Below, in pieces: positions 35,227-48,400 of a stretch of 64,000 nucleotides of DNA. The DNA is from Octopus sinensis. Its lineage: Eukaryota. Made by a program: the position numbers and the translations under genes. The notes under the pieces were generated by a model, which did no database searches, was not told the origin of the DNA, and was given only the letters and a program-made list of their open reading frames with translations. The first letter of the stretch is position 1. Every line of letters starts with the position of its first letter. The stretch lies in NCBI RefSeq assembly GCF_006345805.1, contig NC_043001.1, positions 30,442,001 to 30,506,000 on the forward strand, written 5' to 3'.

Positions 35227-37900
35227 TTAATAATAATAATAATAATAATAATAATTGTGTACAGTGCTCAGGTGCACTACAACTCATCTAAAGTGTATAT
35301 ATAATCAGGTGTAGTTTCGACGGATTTCGGGAAGCATGAGGGCCTTAAAGGATGCAGTGTCATGGCAGTCAACAACTGATGCAGGCAGTTTATTCCACGC
35401 TTCAGCAACCCTGAGCGTGAAAAAATGTTTCCGAAAGTCATGGGCTGTGCTGTTTTCTGACTTTGTAGGCATGTCCACGTGTGTTAGACACATGGAGATC
35501 AAAAGGTGTTCAGTGTTGTTGTTGGTGAGGTGGTTGATAACCTTGTGGGTGTTTTACCAAGTCCGTCGCCAGACGCCGGAGCTTCAGTGAATCCATGCCC
35601 AGGGAAACAAGGCGCTCAGAATATGGTAGGTGTCTGATGGAGGGTATGCGTTTGGTTGCACGTCTCTGGACAGATTCCAGGAGGTCAATGTTCTGAGCAA
35701 GATAGGGATTCCAAACTGATGATGCGAATTCCAAGTGTGGTCGTACCATAGCTGTATACAGTTTTAAATAGATGGCTGGAGAGCGGCTAACAAAAGTCTT
35801 GCTGAGTGATGCCAAGACACCCTCGGCCTTCTTGACAATTTTTAGAGATATGCTTTGTATCCAACGCAAATCACTGCTAACAGTGATGCCTAGGTCATGC
35901 TCGCAAGAGGATTTCTTGATATCAGTGTTGTGAAGGGAGTATGTGGACGCAGGGTTTTTTCTCCCAAAATGCATGGTGGTACACTTGTCCACAGCCAGTT
36001 TCAGTTGCCAGTCTGTGATCCATTGCTGCATTGTGTCTAGGTCTGATTGCAGGAAAGAGTTGTAGACATCAGGATCAGTCCTCTTGATTTCAAGGTACAG
36101 CTTGATGTCGTCTGCATATTTCAATACTGTGGCATTCTTTAAATTGGCATCTATGTCATTAATGTATGCCACAACAGGAGGGGACCAAGGACAGATCCCT
36201 GTGGTACACCCGATGACATCTCATATGGTGTAGAGTGCTGTCCTAGAACTGTGACTACCACCTTTCGGCTGAGGATGAAGGATTTCAACCAGTTAAAAAG
36301 GTCATCCCCCACACCCATTGCAGAGAGTTTCACCATAAGCCTTTTGTGTGGCCAGAGTTGAAAGCCTTAGCAAAGTCAAGGTAGACAACATCCACCCATG
36401 AGCCACTGTCAGTGATCTGAGTAATGTCCTCAAGGAACTCGACAAGCTGGTCACTGCAGCTGGAGTTAGGGACAAATCCATATTGTGAGGGTCGGATGAG
36501 ACTGTGAGAGCTCCAGAAGTTCCAGAGTTTCTCTGACACACGATTCCATCAGTTTTGCAATACAGCTAGTGAGACTGACTGGGCGATAGTTGACAGGTGA
36601 TGTGCGGTCACCCTTTTTGAACAGAGGAATGACACTGGCAGTTTTCCACTGCTCCAGAGTAGCACCATTGTTGAGACTACTGGAAGAAAATAGAAAGCTG
36701 GTGTAAAAGGAAGTGCCTGCCACGTTTGAGAAGCAGGTATGTAACTCCATCGAGACCAGGGGAGGCATAGTTGCGCTTATTTTGAAGGTGACGTCGCAGC
36801 ATTGCAGGTGTAAATTCCATAGTTGTTATGGAGTTTGCTGTTAGTGATGGTGAAGATGGTACATTTTGACTTTCGACAGTGAATATGTTTGCATAGCACT
36901 CGGCAATGAGTTCTGCGCATTCCTTGGGGTCGTCAGTGATCTGGTTTGTGTGAGGGTTGCGAAGAGAGTGAGGTCTCTGCTTTGAATGCACATATTTCCA
37001 GAAAACCTTGCTGTCAGGATTGGCTGCTATGCACTGTTCAAATTCAAGCACTGCATTTTTTGTCACTTGCTTGAGATGGTTGGAGGATTTATTCCGCTTC
37101 TTCCTGTTGGTGTCTGATTTATGCAACTTGTATTCCTGTTCAGCAGTCCGACATTCCTTCCTGGCAAGTCGGACTGCTGAAGTTTCCCAAATTGCCCTTT
37201 TGGGGTGGTTCTTCTTTTTTGTTTACGTGGCCTGATGCTGCACATGCTGCCCATATTGAGTCCAGGATACTCTGGAGTATAGTATTCACATCTCCAGAGT
37301 TGTAGAATTCACGCCAGTTTGGGTGCTGTAGTTCAGTGTGGTACAGGTTCCAATCTACTCTCTTCCAATCGAAGGAAGCAGATTGGAGATGGTTCAGGTG
37401 TTTGTTGCCCGCAAGAGCCAGATTGGCGATGATCATAGCATGATCAGAGTCACCTAGAGGTTCCTCCGTAGTGCAATTGATAACCGCTTCAGGAGTTGTG
37501 GTGAAGAGCAGGTCCAAGGTGTTGTCGCCTCTTGTTGGAGAGGTGACTACTTGTGACCAGTTTGAGTCCAGCACAAGCTCAACAAAATCGTTTGCACTCT
37601 GTGGCCAACGGAAGGTTTCCCAATCGATCTCAGGATGATTGAAATCGCCTGCAATAAACACATAAGTGGCTGTTTTCCTGGCTGCAGCTCGGAGGATGTT
37701 GCAAAGCTGTGTGTCCTGATGGTAATTTGGGGGACAATAAACAACGCCAAGCAGGAGTGTTGACATGGTCATACGTACGTCACAGAAAAAAACTTCTTCT
37801 TGTGATTCATTCAAATCGGCACAAGGAATTACCAAAAAATTTGAACGAACGTAGACCATCACACCACCACCACGGCGGTGCAATTAATTGCACGGCGGTG
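35227..37900 (-). mobile_element. CR1-clade LINE, 5'-truncated, endonuclease + RT, multiple frameshifts, (TTA)n tail
   Basis: RRGGGVMVYVR, IAGDFNHPEIDW, PTRGDNTLDLL, SDHAMI (APE); YRPVSLTS, YLDFAKAF, GVPQGSVLGPLL, KYADDIKL, RPHLEFAS, KHFFTLRVAEAWNKLP; tail at 35227-35254. Confidence 0.93.
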
Positions 37901-38431
37901 CAATTAAGCCTGCAATTGGTCAAGAAAAGTCATGTCGTATAACAGTTTGATGTCAGTATTTCAGGGACAACAATTAGTTGGAAAATATCACATAGTGAGC
38001 AGGAAATCGACCACATGGTGGACAAGAAATTGGTTGTGTGGTTGGGGTAAGTGGGAAGGAGCAGATGTGGTGGCATATATATCTGTGTGTGTGATGTCCA
38101 TATATCTGTGCGTATACATCCATACTTATACGAGTGTATATGTGTGCTTAGATGTACATTCAAACACACACACATGAAGGCACATGCATGTGCTCAGATA
38201 CACATGCACACATACCTTTATCTCCATGTACATATGGACACAAGCATATATATATATATATATATATATATAATCAACAGGTGAAATGCTCAATATAGAA
38301 CACATGTAGAAGTGTAAGTTTAAATGATTTGAACTTACACCCCATGAAGACTAGGTCCACGGGGTAAAGAGTGGCTATAAGAGAAATCCAGGTGAGTTGA
38401 TATGGAGATAGTGATGCAGATAAACAGCTTG

Positions 38432-38436
<5 letters not shown>

Positions 38437-38510
<74 letters not shown>
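38437..38510. repeat. (CT)n(AT)n microsatellite
   Basis: Directly visible, abuts MITE copy 1. Confidence 0.95.
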
Positions 38511-38513
<3 letters not shown>

Positions 38514-38518
38514 ATTTT

Positions 38519-38931
38519 ATGATGTTTTCGGTTTGAACGGCAGTTTTTAACATAATTCTAGGTAACTAAAAATTTTAAACTTCGTATACTGGTAGAATGT
38601 GTTAATAAAACATCTTTTTCTCTTGGCTTTATTGAGAAAATTCTATAATTTGTAAGATATTTGTTGTTGTTTTATTCTTCAATTTCTGCAATTTCAACCA
38701 ATCACTATTGAGGTAAAAAAAAACATTCTGTGCCGTATGAATATGTCCCTCGTTTAAGAAACAGATTGGGTTTATTTACATTTGTGAAGAAAAAAATGAT
38801 ACCCTTCCCCCAACCCTAACCCTAACCCTAAAACAGATTGAAATGCAATAGATCGATACTAGTGTCATAATTATGAGTGACAATTTCATGACACCGCTAG
38901 AAAAAACTGCCGTTCAAACCGAAAAGATCCC
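38519..38931. mobile_element. MITE with internal (CCCTAA)n, copy 1
   Basis: TIR (gggatc)ttttcggtttgaacggcagttttt; caaccctaaccctaacccta at about 38811-38830. Confidence 0.85.
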
Positions 38932-39358
38932 AACAGTTTACTATTGTATGTTACGTGGAATACTTTTTGTTCTTTAACCCCAGATTTTGTGGGTTATGAC
39001 TGTTGTTTAGTTCCAGATCAGTCCTGACCGATCAAAGTTTTGCGATCATGACTACCTTGCTTTTCTCTGGCATAATGCATCTTGAACGTTTTCTCCTTTT
39101 GACTTAGCTCTTTCTAGGACAGGTCTTTGCGATATCAGTGATGATACAATCTATGCATCCCACTGCAGTCCGTGAAGAACTGTTCTGTTATTCTTTTGTT
39201 ATTATTCATAGTCAATGTCAACAGGCTACATTAAACAGAATAGAATAAAATTCAAGTAAAGGAATTGCGGATAATATATACAATAGGAATTGAGATTTGC
39301 TGACACCGCAAGAATTGAAGTCAATCTTCTGTCAATAAGTTAAATTAGAAATATTAAC

Positions 39359-39462
39359 ATGTCTTCTAGTAAACAAAAACGTAACTTTCGCAAACGGCGA
39401 TGTTCATCGTCATCCGAAAGTGCTGATGAAGATGCTGAATCTGGGAATACGGATCAAGTTGC
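39359..39462 (+). CDS. C9orf78: C9orf78 exon 1
   Basis: ATG; MSSSKQKRNFRKRRCSSSSESADEDAESGNTDQV; GC|gtaagt. Confidence 0.88.
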
Positions 39463-42400
39463 GTAAGTCTATTAAGTATCTTATATTTTACTTGGGGATG
39501 TAATTATTCGAAAGCTTACAAGAAGTTATGAACACCAAATAATTCTTGTGTGTATATATTCGTCTCCTCCATGGCATTTATACATTTTCGGTTTGAACGG
39601 CAGTTTTTTCTAGCGTCACTCATAATTATGACCTTAGTATCGATCTATTGCATTTCAATCTGTTTTAGGGTTAGGGTTAGTTAGGGTTGGGGGGAAAGGA
39701 TATCTTTTTTTTCTTCACAAATGTAAATAAACTTAATCTGTTTCTTAAACGAGGGACATATTCATACGGCACAGAATGCTTTTTAACTCAATAGACGTCA
39801 CTGATTGGTTGAAATTGCAGAAATTGAAGAAAAAAAAACAACAACAAATATCTTACAAACTATAGAATTTTCTCAATAAAGCCAAGAGAAAAAGATGTTT
39901 TATAAACACATTCTACCAGTATACGAAGTTTAAAATTTTTTAGTTACCTAGAAATTATGTTAAAAACTGCCGTTCAAACCGAAAAGATCCCATTTATGCG
40001 AATTATTATCTGGCAAAATGTAAATTAACCTGTCGGTGGAGGTTGTTATTTAGTTGCGGAGTACATGTTCATGTATTCTTGATACTCTAACGAAATGTTT
40101 TTAGCTCCAAGCTTGCGGATTGAACATATCTATAATCAAAAGCATATTTAACTTTTGGGCATCTCATTCTTTTTGCTCTATTATGTATTAAAAAATACGG
40201 CGATCCTTCGGTATAAGTACCGGAAGTGGCTTTGTTTACATTTCTGAAGATAGCAGAAACCCTTTTCTCTCACTCCTAACCCTAACACAAACCTTAACCC
40301 TAGCCCTAACCCTAATCCCCCATATATATATAAAAAAAAACACTTTCTTGAAATGTATCCGGTACTTATACCGAAGTTACGCCAAAAATACATTATATAG
40401 TTTGAGAATCGCTGGTTGTTTGGCTGCTATTTCAAACAAGTCGAGTGACCACAAATATGCTGCCAGATTGGGTTTCCGTAAATGTGATTGATCACTAGGA
40501 ATGCTGTCAACTGTTAGGAATGGAGAAAGATAGGGGTGGGGGTGGGGATAAACACAGGCACACACACAAATATATACATATATTTGTAATACATAAGTAT
40601 TTGCGGCCGGTCCCTGTTTTTGAGAATAGTTCTCCCTCTCACTCCATCAGTCCTGAAATTATGGATACTAATCTTTCCTCTAACTAAGCAATAATAATAA
40701 TAGTAATAAAAATAATAATAATAATCCTTTTTACTAAAGGTACAAGGCCTGAAATTTGTGGGTAGGGGACTAGTCGATTATATCGACCCCAGTGTTTCAC
40801 TGGCACTTAATTTATTGACCCCAAAAGGATGAAAGGCAAAGTCGACCTCAGTGGAATTTGAACTCATAACGTAAGGATGGACGAAATGCCGCTTAGCATT
40901 TCGCCCGGTGTGCTAATGATTCTGCCAGCTCACCACCTTATAATAATGATAATGCTGTGAACCTCATTTGCACTTTATACATAACTATATGTAAGGAGTA
41001 TGGTTAGTTAATAAAACACACTTTGAAAAGCTCTTTTACTCTATGTAACAGAAAGTGTTGCTGTATAATTTTCTTTTAATGTAAATAGTACACATCTTAT
41101 TTTAGTTTCTTGTTGCAATCTTTCATTAAATATTATTATGCTTATATAATTTGATATTAGAAGTAGTGTGAAAGCACGTGGCTTAGTGGTTAAGGCAATC
41201 GGCTCACAATCATAAGGTCGTGTGTTCGGTTCCTGGTGGCATGCTATATACTTGAGCAGGACACTTTATTTCATATTGCTCCAGTCCACTCTGCTGACAA
41301 AAATAAGTAGTACCTGTATTTCAAAGGGCCAACCTTGTCAGGTTCTGTATCACCTTGAAAACTATGATAAGGGTATGCATGCCTAATGGAGTGCTCAGCC
41401 ACTTGCATGTTAATTTCACATGCAGTATCAACTGGAAACCTCATCGTTGTAACATGGAGTGCCAATTTTAGAAATATTAGGTTGTCTGGAAAGTTGTGAG
41501 CATTTTTAAGCTAAATCTTTTAATGATTCATTGAACACACCTGGAATGTAACACTTTGGCGTTGCTTGAAGTGGTAGTGCATCTCTTTGTTCCTCACTAA
41601 AAATAGAAATTTGACAAGACAGTCAGTCACCGGCTGACACTCGCTGACGATACATCGAAGAGGCCAGGGAACAGAAGAAAGAAGACATGCACCCAACACC
41701 AGAGCTGAAGACACCTCCGAAAGGGGGGGGGTCCCGCCACGTCAAAACGGTAGAAGAGTAGGGGCCGAAACCGGACGTGGTTCCTCCTGATGATGTATTG
41801 AGCTAACTGGATCCTATAAAGGAGCTGTTGTGGTAGCAGACCACAAAACACGGTTGTAATTCCTTCCTTCGTTCTGGTTACCCTTTATCGACATTTAAAA
41901 TGGATACCCCAAAATTTCATATTTGCATTGTAATGCTTTTCTTTTTTAAAGGAGAAAATGTAAAGATTTGCAAAATCATTTGTTAAGTTTATGGTGATGA
42001 TGCTGTAGGTAAATCAACTGTTTGAAGGTGGTTTGCAAAATTTAAAGCCGGAGAGTTTAGCTTGGAAGATGACAGTTGCAGTGGAAGACTTTCAAAATTG
42101 GATGAAGATATTTTGAAGGCAAAAATGAAAGAAAACTCAAATATCATGACTTGGGAACTTGCAGAGAAGCTGGAAGTTTCTAAAAGTACAGCTCATGAAC
42201 ACCTTCTGAAACTAGAGTACATTTCTTGCTATAATGTATGGGTCCCTCACAAATTCTCAGAAAAGAATTGCATGGACCTACCGGTCCATGCAAAGCTGGA
42301 CTGCGATGGACTGGCGTCCCGTCCAGCTGGGGAACACATACACCATTGAAACCAGGAAACCGGGCCCATGAGCCTGGCTAGGCTTTAAAAGGGCGCATTT

Positions 42401-45400
42401 ATTTATTTATTTAAAATATAAAGCACCAATAGGAAAATATTAAATAATCGGATAAAAATTTAAAACTAAGAAAATACAAAAATACCAACTGAAAATATAA
42501 TTGCTTTAGTTTTTGACATGCATATCAACATATACACACAAACACTATGTTATTATATTTTTTAAATGTTTTCTGTGATATTCACTTAGAAATGTTACAT
42601 GGATTTTATTGTAGAAGCAGTATGACTGATATAAAATTGCTTCAGAAGTTGAGAGAAAAACCAAGAGGAGTTAATGCAGCCAGTTTAGCCTTTGGTAAAA
42701 GTACAAAAAAGGATGAAATTGAAGCTGTAAGTGTAACTGTTTACTTATTTATCCTTTTAAATACTCTCTTTTTTTTCTTTTACTCTCTTTTACTTGTTTC
42801 AGTCATTTGACTGTGGCTATGCTGGAGCACCGCATTTAGTCGAGCAAATCGACCCCAGGACTTATTCTTTGTAAGCCTAGTACTTATTCTATCGGTCTCT
42901 TTTGCCGAACCACTAAGTTACAGGGATGTAAACACACCAGCATCAGTTGTCAAGTGATGTTGAGGGGACAAACACAGACACACAAACATATACACACACA
43001 TACATATATATATACATATATACGACGGCCTTCTTTCAGTTTCCGTCTACCAAATCAACTCATAAGGCTTTGGTCGGCCCAAGGCCATAGTAGAAGACAC
43101 CTGCCCAAGGTGCCACGTAGTGGGACTGAACCCAGAACCATGTGGTTGGTAAGCAAGCTACTTACCACCCAGCCACTCCTATGCCTAAAAATTTACTCTT
43201 AATAATTTCTTTTATTTTTTTTTTCATCTTCCCATCATTGGTTAAATATCTATGAATAAACATTTTCTAGTTTGAATATTTGAGAAGGAGATCATTGTCA
43301 TGGTGTTAGCTTTTTCCACACTAATGTGGATTAGATGAGAATTGCAGAGGCAGAATTCTATGTTTGGATGGCTTTCCTTTTGCCAGTCCTTACTTATTTC
43401 TAAATAAGGATTGGTAACCACTGTTGAATGATTAGACATGCTCTTATTACAGACACCAACAATGATTAGCCTTGCCATATTAGTAATGACATTGCCTCTG
43501 TTAAATGTTTAATGTCAAGACACAGATGGGAGTACACACACACACACATGTATGTACATATGTACCTACCTTCATACATTCGTATGTACTTATATATGAC
43601 AACACTGTATAGTTTCTACCTACCAGTTTCTCTCATGTTGGTCGACCTGAGACTATAGAACACAGTTTCTCACAGTGTCATGTAGTGGTACTGAACTCAA
43701 AATTATGTGCTTTCAAGGCAAATTCTTAATCACACATCATCATCATCATCATCGTTTAACGTCCGTTCTCCATGCTAGCATGGGTTGGACGGTTCGACCA
43801 GAGATCTGGAAGGCCTGAAGGCTGCACCAGGCTCCAGTCTGATCTGGCAGTGTTTCTTCAGCTGGATACCCTTCCTAACGCCAACCACTCCGTGAGTGTA
43901 GTGGGTGCTTTTTAAGTGTCACCTGCACAGGTGCCAGGCAAGGCTGGCAACGGCCACGATCGGATTGCTGCATTTTACGTGCCACCAGCACAGAAGCCAG
44001 TCGAGGCGGCATTGGCATCGCCATGATTTGGATGGTGCTTTTTACGTGTCACTGGCACGGAAGCCAGTCGAGGCGGTGCTGGCATCGGCCACGATTCGGA
44101 TAGTGCTTTTTACGTGCCACCGGCACGAACCATTAGGAATCTGAAAACAAAATCAAATAAGTATGCAAGTCAAAGGATATTTTTGTTATTAGTTTCATTG
44201 TATTGGTATTTAATTTATATGTATATTTACACACAGCATAACGTATTTATGGAATTTGTTCATTGAAAATGTTCGATAATTTGTAAAGGTCTTTAAGAAA
44301 TTATCACCATTTTCCATGTATTTCCAGAGTGACCCGTTCAAAATGAAAACTGGTGGAATTGTTGATATGAAAGCTTTAAAGAACAGCGTGTAAGCACAAT
44401 CTCAATTTATGTCAATCATGAGTCGCCATGATAAATCGTTAGCCACTACACACACTTATTTCTCTCCTTGTTTTTTCTGTGTCCCTTTCTGTAGAAGAGC
44501 GTAGGCTCAAAACGTAAAAGACTTTTTCTATTCCTGAGCGTTATACTAATACATCTGTTTGTTTTGTACACCACCTGTCTTCATCTTTTGTTTTTTTCGT
44601 AAACTCTCCCTATATTTAGAAATGTTTGTAATTGATTAATTTTTGTTTAATTGCTCATATCGGTTTCATTTGTTATATTAATGAAAAAAATTAATTATAT
44701 ATTTTGAGCGATAGAGTAATAATGAGTTAGTACTTTTTAACTATTTTATTGATTTTTAGCAAAATAATGTTTATTTCAATAATGATTTAATTATTATTGC
44801 TTTATCAGAGCAAAATACAAACTAAAATAATTTAATAACCAATATGGTAATATCTGATTGATTTTTTATACATTTCATCCTCAGATCACTGCAAGGAGGT
44901 GACATAGAATCAATAGGAACAGCTTTTGCTGCTGAGACAAACATTCGAGACGAAGATGCGGAAATGTAAGCATTATTTTAATGTTTTTTGTGTGTGTATG
45001 CATGTGTTAGTCAGAAGAAGAATGGTAGTGCCAATGGTCTTTAAGACCTACCACACTTCTGAGGTCAGTGTAGTTGACACTTAGTTTGAACATCTATAGG
45101 CAGATGTTTGCTGGATCAAGCTAAATATTCTTTTCTACTCTAGGCACAAGGCCTGAAATTTTGGGGGAGGGGGTCAGTCGATTAAATCGACTCCAGTACG
45201 CAACTGGTACTTAATTTATCGACCCCGAAAGGATGAAAGGCAAAGTAGACCTTGGCAGAATTTGAATTCAGAACGCAGCGGCGGACGAAATACCACAAAG
45301 CATTTTGCCCAGCGTGCTAACGTTCTGCCAGCTCGCCGCCTTCAAGCTAAATATTGCAAGGCTTGTATTTACTGTTTCTGTCTTGATTACATTTTTGTCC

Positions 45401-48400
45401 AAAATAATGCATTTGATGTCTGAAAAGAGCTGAAATATTTTGTCTTCTCTCTTTTTTTTTTTTTTAACTAAAACAAGCAAAGGATAAAGAAACCCATTGG
45501 TCATAAATGACTATGGAATTGCACTTACAAAGTTTCTCTCTGAGGCACAAGTCCAGGCAAGGTTGTTTATGGAAGACCAGCAGTCGTCCATGCATAACAG
45601 CCTCCCCTCTCCGTGCTAGCAATGTTATCCAAGGGAAAGGCAAAGGCTGTTACAACTTGACATCAGTGTCATTGCAACTCATTTCTACAGCTGAGTGAAC
45701 TGGAGCAATGTGAAATAAAATGTCTTGCTCAAAAACACAACACACAGCTCAGTCTGGGAATTGGACTCACTACCTCATGATTGTGAGCCCAACACTCTAA
45801 CCACTGAGTCATGCGCCTTTTTTTTAACAACTGAATATATATATATATTCAAATCAAATTCGATGACTGGCATCCGTGCTAGTGGAGTGCTAAGAGTACC
45901 ATACGAGCGTGATCGTTGTCAGAGCAACAAGCTGGCCTCCGTGCCAGTGGCACGTAAAAAACACCATTCGAGCATGTTTGTTACCTGCTTCACCTTACCT
46001 GCACTTGTGCTGGTGGCATGCGAAAAACATTCGAGCGAGTTCATTGCCAGTGCCGCTGGACTAACTTCTGTGCAGGTGACACATAAAAAGCACCATTTGA
46101 GCGTGGCCATTTCCAGTACCGCCTGACTGGCCCTCATGCCGGTGGCATATAAAAGTACCCACTACACACTCGGAGTAGTTGGCATTAGGAAGGGCATTCA
46201 GCTGTAGAAACTCTGCCAGATCAGATTGGAGTCTGGTGCAGCCATCTGGTTCGCCAGACCTGTTAAATCGTCCAACCCATGCTAGCATGGAAAGCAGACG
46301 TTAAATGATGATGATGATGATGATGATATATATATAAAGTAAACATAAATGTCATTTAAAATTTATGACAGCTGTTTTGGTAGAACTTTGTTTATTTAAT
46401 GCAGTCATAAAATATTACATCATAATATATAATAATCCACCATCATCAGGTAAAATTCTAAGCAGGTAAGATGTATGTATGTACATACATATGTACCTTC
46501 ACTAGCACAAAAGCACCCACTACACTCACTGAGTGGTTGGCATTAGGAAGAGCATCCAGCTGTAGAAACACTGCCAGATCAGATTGGAGCCTGGTGCAGC
46601 CTCCTAGCTTCGCAGACCCCGGTTGAACCATCCAACCCATGCTAGCATGGAAAACGGACGTTAAATGATGATGATGATGTATACGAAATGTTTTAACCCT
46701 TTTGTTATTAACCTGCCCAAGACTGCCCCTTGTTCCATGATACAAGCTCCCTGTTTTAAAGTGATCTAAATTAAAACCTTCAGTCAAAATTCCATGTTAA
46801 TTTATGTTCTAAACCCTGGTTTAATAATAATTGGGTTATTTCATGAAGTTTTCATCATTTTCAAAATTAGTCAAAATGAAGAAATATGGTAAGAAAAGGA
46901 TTAACAGTATCTTTTGCCTGTGTCACTTGAAAACTGTAATGCAGTAATATTATAGGGTTTATGGAAAATGAAATATTTTATTTAGCTACTTTTGTGCCTT
47001 CTTTTTTTTTCCATTTTTTAATAGGTTGAAATATGTAGAGGAAGAATTGGCCAAGAAGAAAGGGCATGTTACAGAAAAAAGCCAAGAGAAGTAAGTTTTT
47101 TTTTTTTTTCACTTGTTCTTGTCATTAGACTGTGACCATGCTGGGGCACCATCTTGATAACAATACCAAATTATAAAACAGTTTTACTTTTCAGAATGAA
47201 ACAAAACTAATAGTAAGATGGAAAATAATGTTTGGCCTGGTGCAGCCTCCTGGCTTCTCAGACCCCAGTCGAACCGTCCAACTCATGCCCGCATGAAAAA
47301 AATATGTTAAACGATGATGAAGATGACGGCTCCTCCTCCTCCTCCTCTTCTTCTTCTTCTTCCCCCTCCTCCTCCCTATGACACCATGAACATTTCGAAA
47401 TTATATTTGTGATCACATAAAACACTTTGAATATTATTTTAGCAAGTTTAATGTGATTTCTTTTGTACCGTAAGCCATTTACCATTTCTGTGGAGTCCCT
47501 CTTCACTTGATGCCCTAAGAATGTGCTTATTTTGTTTAATGGTTAATCCAGCACTGGTAGAGAAGCAAACTTCTTACCACACAGCCACGTTTGCTCCTGT
47601 TGTTCTAAACATGAAAATATTTGAAAAGTTGTTTGTTGCTTATCATTCTAATTATAATATATGTAATAAAAATTTCATGAACTACATCAAGTAAGCTAGA
47701 GATTGACTTCCAACGCAAGGTCTTGTCCTTTCTGTGGTGTTGAGATCACTGAGAGCTACATCAGAAGAGTGCAATCTCCCAGAAGGGCTCCTGTGTTGGA
47801 CAGGTCAAATAACAGAGGCCAGACTAATATGGACCCCATCTTCCCAAAGGTCAAAATGGGTTTGTGTAGGGCTAACACATCTACTTTAGAGAAAACAAAG
47901 CTACGGAAGCATCAATGACAATTCAAAACCAGCATAATCAGAGAGAGGGAAGCTTTTCCTCAAGAACATAAAGACAATGTATAAAATGGGAAGGACAGTA
48001 CAACTCAGAGTCTAAGAACAACAGGAAAAACTCACTGATGGCCTAGAGACCATTTTGAGCAAAGGGCTTAAGTCAGTAGATATTTACCTAAGCTCATTTT
48101 AAGAATTGCGATAATTTTAGAATTATTTATCACAATTTATTTTAGTGGGTTTATAAAATTTTTACAATTTCTAGTTATCATTTTACTTTCAATTTAATCT
48201 TTAATTTTTTTTTGTGAACAGACAAGCTCATGCCGAAGATGCACTTTACCAACTTCCTGAAAACCTAAAAGTTGAATCATCTACAAAGAAAAGTGAAGAC
48301 ATGTTGTCAAATCAGATGCTGTCTGGGATTCCAGAAATTGACCTTGGAATTGAGTATGTGGCAAATTTAAATTCTTTATATATAAATATATATATATATA

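Noticed and set aside
41547-41893. GC-richer block resembling a solo LTR (TGT..ACA, TATAAA) with GAAA and CTGATGA motifs
   Set aside because: No TSD or AATAAA found; only 4 nt between the putative cleavage site and CUGAUGA, so no stem I. Left unclassified.
45850-46140. Regularly spaced direct repeats resembling an array
   Set aside because: Whole ~60-bp units repeat with no unique spacers; internal tandem units of the RTE-type 3' module, not CRISPR.
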